From: an archaeon
GTDB lineage: Archaea; B1Sed10-29; JAJSAI01
Assembly: GCA_024274695.1 (NCBI GenBank)
Contig: JAJSAI010000004.1
Location: 1-27,053, forward strand
DNA length: 27,053 nt
Reading direction: 5' to 3'
Shown here: in pieces, positions 23,362-27,053 of the stretch
Position numbering within the stretch: the first letter of the stretch is position 1
How the letters are laid out: every line of letters starts with the position of its first letter
Position numbers and translations under genes: made by a program
The notes under the pieces: generated by a model
The model's database searches: none
Seen by the model: only the letters and a program-made list of their open reading frames with translations
Told to the model about the DNA's origin: nothing

Positions 23362-24312
23362 TTATTCAATGTCACGGATCCCCTGGCTGGTGACCGCGAA
23401 GATGACTTCTCCTTCCGGCAGGCAGGGGGAATCCACTAGTTTCGCTATCCTTTTTTCTCCCTTGCTCTTCCTGAGGTAAATCCTGTACGTGCTCTGGTGT
23501 CCTAGCACGTTCCCTCCTATAGGGGTAGTAGGATCACCGAACAGGATTCCAGGGTTGCTCATCACCTGGTTGGTAACGTACACGGGTATATTGTACAGGT
23601 CAGCCAGCCTCTGCAGGGAGTGCAGGTGCTTGTTAAGCTTCTGCTGCCTCTCGGACAGCGTGCCTCTTCCCACGTACTCTGCCCTGAACTTTGACGTGAG
23701 AGAATCTACTATCAGCAGTTTGATGTTCTCTTTCTCTATTACTTCTCCCGCTTTTTCCACGAGCACCATCTGGTGGTCTGCGTTGTACGCTCTCGCTACA
23801 AGGATGTTTCTCAGCACTTCTTTCGGGTCCAGGTCAGTGGCCTCAGCCATCTGCAGCACTCTTTCTGGCCTGAAAGTGTTTTCAGTGTCTATGAAGAGGC
23901 ACTTGCCTTCCAGGCCCCCTTTTTCTTTCGGGAGCTGGACGTTCACGGCCAGCTGGAGCCCGAGCTGGGTTTTGCCAGAACCGAAGGTCCCGTAGACCTC
24001 TGTTATGGCCTGGGTTTCTATCCCTCCTCCGAGGAGCTGGTCCAAGGCCTTTGATCCCGTGGTGAGCTTGCCTATGTTCTTTCTTCTCTCTAATATCTGC
24101 TCGGCGGTCTCGAACCCTATCTTGAGTGCGTTCCTGGCCGCGGTTATTATCTTGTTCGCGGTGGCCTCGCCTATCCCGAACTCTGAAAGCTCTCCTGCGC
24201 TGGCCACTGCTATCGCTTCCAGGGTCCGGTAACCCGCTTCCCTGAGCTTGGCGGCGGTGGCTTCTCCCACTCCGGGGAGGTCTTCAATGAACTTTATTTC
24301 TTTGGCCATCAT
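23362..24312 (-). CDS. radA: DNA repair and recombination protein RadA
   Basis: N-terminal Hh[19 protein letters not shown] polymerisation motif, Walker [20 protein letters not shown] and [17 protein letters not shown]. Confidence 0.97.
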   Translation of the reverse strand: MMAKEIKFIEDLPGVGEATAAKLREAGYRTLEAIAVASAGELSEFGIGEATANKIITAARNALKIGFETAEQILERRKNIGKLTTGSKALDQLLGGGIETQAITEVYGTFGSGKTQLGLQLAVNVQLPKEKGGLEGKCLFIDTENTFRPERVLQMAEATDLDPKEVLRNILVARAYNADHQMVLVEKAGEVIEKENIKLLIVDSLTSKFRAEYVGRGTLSERQQKLNKHLHSLQRLADLYNIPVYVTNQVMSNPGILFGDPTTPIGGNVLGHQSTYRIYLRKSKGEKRIAKLVDSPCLPEGEVIFAVTSQGIRDIE

Positions 24313-25355
24313 GATCCCTCCAGCTCTTGTTTGATGCTGTACTCCCGGAAGCCTCTTATGACGAACTCGGTCCCATCGCCTGAGAGGCTCCCGTGGAAGA
24401 CTTTCTCTTCCCCGAGGAGTTTATTCTTTACGGTCTCATAAGGGTTTTGGTCGCGCGCCAGGTCTTGTCCAGTAATCCCCGCGAGGTCCTCTGCCGTGTC
24501 AAAGAAGGCCACGCTCCTCTTTTCTCCTGACGAGTCTGACAAGACCAGGCTGAGGACCAGGGACTTCCGCTTGTCCTGGCACTGGCATCCGGTGGTGTTG
24601 TGCCTTGGGCAGTAGTCCACTATCCTCGGCTCGAAGACTCTCGTGACGACCGCCCTAACCCCTGCAGGCTCTCCTGGCGCTAGCTCTGCCATTCTCTTGC
24701 GCGGGAACCTGTCGGAGGGCCTGCGCGACTCGCTGATCATCGTGCTCCGGACAGTGTGAACTTCTCCTTCTTTTTCCCTGTAGCCCTTGACCGTCACGGT
24801 CTGGCCTGCTGACAGGGGATGGAACGCGTGGCCGTTCCAGAGCACCAGCCTCTTCTCACGCCCGTTTTCTTCCACGACCGCGGTCCGGACGACTCCCTTC
24901 TCGAAAAACCTTCTTGGGAAGACCCTCACCACGCTCAGCTCGATCTCGTTCTCTTCCCGGCCGGGCTCGAGCTTTTCGATCCTCGTGCTCTTGGTGTAGT
25001 GGAGTTCTGGGCCCATCCTCCCTTCTTTTTCCCTGGCCCCTGAAACCTTTATCCTGTCGCCAGGGGAATACTTGCCCGCCAGGTCAGCGTCCTTGTCCCA
25101 GAAAACGAGCCGCACCCTCCCTTTTTCTCCCGAGAGGATCAGGGACGAGTAGTACCTTCCTTCACCGAACTGCTTCTTGCCGTAAACCTTTTCAACCGTG
25201 TACTCTTCCGCTGGGTCCAGGAGCCCTTCTTCTTTGGCTATCGCGTACAATGCTCCCTCCCTGTTCAAGAGCCCAGCGTACTCTTTCTGCTTTTCTTTTA
25301 TTCTCCTTTCAAGCTCTTCTTTGCCCAGTTTTTCAAGAAGCTTTTCTTCACTCAT
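24309..25355 (-). CDS. rpa: Replication protein A-like multi-OB-fold ssDNA-binding protein
   Basis: N-terminal [25 protein letters not shown] folds ([24 protein letters not shown]...VAFF). Zn-finger-like CPRH..CQC. Coupled to radA. Confidence 0.8.
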   Translation of the reverse strand: MSEEKLLEKLGKEELERRIKEKQKEYAGLLNREGALYAIAKEEGLLDPAEEYTVEKVYGKKQFGEGRYYSSLILSGEKGRVRLVFWDKDADLAGKYSPGDRIKVSGAREKEGRMGPELHYTKSTRIEKLEPGREENEIELSVVRVFPRRFFEKGVVRTAVVEENGREKRLVLWNGHAFHPLSAGQTVTVKGYREKEGEVHTVRSTMISESRRPSDRFPRKRMAELAPGEPAGVRAVVTRVFEPRIVDYCPRHNTTGCQCQDKRKSLVLSLVLSDSSGEKRSVAFFDTAEDLAGITGQDLARDQNPYETVKNKLLGEEKVFHGSLSGDGTEFVIRGFREYSIKQELEGS

Positions 25356-26436
25356 CGTAAGGCCTCTTCTTGGTTATTCTGCGCATCATCTCCCTTTCGG
25401 TCTCGGCATAGTCTATCGGCATGGCCGCAGGGCCTTCTGGGAACAAGGGGACTTCCTGTTCTATTTTCTCCTGCTTTTTAACCCTTTCAGCGAACTCGGG
25501 CAGTTCTTTAGGGGTTAGTATGACCGGCTTCATCAGCACTGCTCTCGCTTCTGCCTTGAACCTCTGCTCCTGCTCTTTCTCGAGAACCTTTCTCGTGCTC
25601 TCGTCAAAGGATTCTATCCTCGGCTGGCGCATGTACTCGGTCTCAAAGGGCCAGACTATGCTGTCGAAAGCGTTCTTCGCCTTCCAGAGCCCTATTTCAA
25701 CGGCCTTCTGTTCCCTTTTCGTGAGCGGCCGGTCGAAGATGATGAGGGGCACCAGCGTGTCCTTCGTGGTCACTCTCTTTCCAACCACCTTCTTAACAAG
25801 CCGGGGGTCCGTCAGCAGGAGCATGTGCAGCAGCGCGGTTTCTGACACGTACTTTTCCACGAGGGCAGGGTTTTCTTTTTCCGGGAGCTTTTTTATTTCT
25901 CCCACGAGCACCTTGTTCCCTACCTTCGCGGCCACGTCAACGTCAACAGTTTCTCTGACGAAATGTGTTTTCTCCTCCACGACCTCAGGGGCTTTCTCGT
26001 ACTTTTCGCCTTTCAAGGTGGCCTGCTTAAGGGTCTTCTTCACTTCAACCTTTTTTTCTACGGTCCCTCCTTCAAGTGTCCTGTCCCTAACGGTCTCGTA
26101 ATCGTATATGGTCTTCGGGGCCAGTTCTCCCCTTTTTTTCACTTTCTTCTTTTTCTTGCCCGGGCGCATTCCCCTGTGCAGGTCTTTCAGGAAGGCCACG
26201 CCGAACCACAGGCCCGGATACGAGGGCTTTATCCTTCCCGAGGGCCTGCCTGATATCTTCACGTTGTACTTCGGCCTGAAGTCCGAAAACGCCTGCCTCA
26301 CCTGCTTCTCCAGCTCATACTGGCCTGCTCTCCAGAACTGGTGCAGGGGAACCTGTTTAGCAGGCTTTCCTGCAGGAGGCTTTTTTATTCTCGCCCCGAA
26401 GTCCTCCAGCCTCGGCTGTTTTTTCTTTCTCGCCAC
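25348..26436 (-). CDS. Basic hypothetical protein with a possible PD-(D/E)XK nuclease motif
   Basis: Lys/Arg-rich N-terminus. Motif DVDVAAKVGNKVLVGEIK preceded by a distant E-containing helix (QYELEKQV). Overlaps the rpa start. Confidence 0.55.
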   Translation of the reverse strand: MARKKKQPRLEDFGARIKKPPAGKPAKQVPLHQFWRAGQYELEKQVRQAFSDFRPKYNVKISGRPSGRIKPSYPGLWFGVAFLKDLHRGMRPGKKKKKVKKRGELAPKTIYDYETVRDRTLEGGTVEKKVEVKKTLKQATLKGEKYEKAPEVVEEKTHFVRETVDVDVAAKVGNKVLVGEIKKLPEKENPALVEKYVSETALLHMLLLTDPRLVKKVVGKRVTTKDTLVPLIIFDRPLTKREQKAVEIGLWKAKNAFDSIVWPFETEYMRQPRIESFDESTRKVLEKEQEQRFKAEARAVLMKPVILTPKELPEFAERVKKQEKIEQEVPLFPEGPAAMPIDYAETEREMMRRITKKRPYDE

Positions 26437-26519
26437 ATCTTCTTTTGGAGCCCAACAGTGATATAAGGGTTCCCTTTTCCCCGGAAGCGTTAAAAACTCT
26501 CCCGGCCTTTTTTCACGTG

Positions 26520-27053
26520 ATGAGAGTGGAGTCCTACGGCAGGATAGTGTTCGTCCAGGGAGTGGGAATGAACAGCAACAGCATTATCTTGGATGACGAG
26601 GAGAAGGGAATCATAGACCCTGGCCTGCCGGACAACTACTACCTGCTCGGGGTCCTGAAAAAGAGGGGCGTTGGCCCCGAGGATGTTTCGGTGGTGGTGG
26701 ACACAGAGCCCCACGCCGACCACTGCGGAGGGAACGCGCTTTTCCCGAAGGCAAGAGTCTACGCGGGGAAGGACGCTGCGGACTACGTTTCTGCCGGGGA
26801 CCCGAAGTACACTGTCTCAGGGCTTTTCGGAGTCAAGCTTGCCAAGAGGAGGGTCATACCCCTGAAGGAGGGTGACGTGCTCTCCTTCGGGGAGACGCGG
26901 TTCAGGGTGCTAGAAACTCCTGGGCATGCTCCGGGAGGCATAAGCTTGTACGAGCCAGACATGAAGCTGCTCGTGTGCGGGGACGTGGCGTTCAAGGAGG
27001 GCGTGGGCCGGACTGACCTGCCCGGGGGCAACGTGAGGCTCCTCAGGAAGAGC
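26520..27053 (+). CDS. MBL-fold metallo-hydrolase (glyoxalase II-like), truncated by the window end
   Basis: Not in the ORF track because it has no stop in the window. Translates MRVESYGRIVFVQGVGMNSN...IIDPG...DTEPHADHCGG...ETPGHAPG...CGDVAF..GVGRTDLPGG. Confidence 0.88.
   Translation, partial: MRVESYGRIVFVQGVGMNSNSIILDDEEKGIIDPGLPDNYYLLGVLKKRGVGPEDVSVVVDTEPHADHCGGNALFPKARVYAGKDAADYVSAGDPKYTVSGLFGVKLAKRRVIPLKEGDVLSFGETRFRVLETPGHAPGGISLYEPDMKLLVCGDVAFKEGVGRTDLPGGNVRLLRKS

Noticed and set aside
19834-26461. Antisense ORFs such as 19834-20658(-), 23489-23995(+) and 25421-26101(+)
   Set aside because: They lie entirely opposite well-supported genes and have no recognisable motifs.

Overview
Archaeal genomic DNA: it carries RadA and RPA, and has TATA-box promoters, many apparently leaderless genes and GGAGGTG/GGTGA ribosome-binding sites. 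The exact lineage cannot be fixed from this window. The right part (~15.9-27 kb) is host-like: a KaiC/Zn-finger/roadblock cluster, lipoproteins and surface proteins, an FMN glutamate-synthase-family protein, ferredoxin, a nuclease-like/RPA/radA operon and an MBL-fold hydrolase. The left ~15.7 kb looks like a co-regulated accessory signalling/conflict island with three parts. (i) An extremely A/C-skewed 1322-aa secreted protein with a compositionally distinct, RNase-toxin-like C-terminal tip, followed by TPR-like and DUF2283-like candidate immunity genes. (ii) An AT-rich operon encoding a FIST-domain protein and a class I terpene-synthase-like protein, surrounded by three TrmB-family regulators (one frameshifted). 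(iii) A SAM methyltransferase and two paralogous RiPP-like cassettes, each made of a short Trp/Tyr-rich acidic precursor peptide, a large radical SAM/SPASM enzyme and a stand-alone phosphohistidine swivel domain. A palindrome TAAACY-N7-RGTTTA lies 16-18 bp upstream of the TATA box of five promoters in this island: toxin-like gene, a candidate small RNA, the methyltransferase and both peptide cassettes. This suggests one regulon. The idea that a terpenoid signal and TrmB receptors drive it in a quorum-sensing-like way is inference and is untested.
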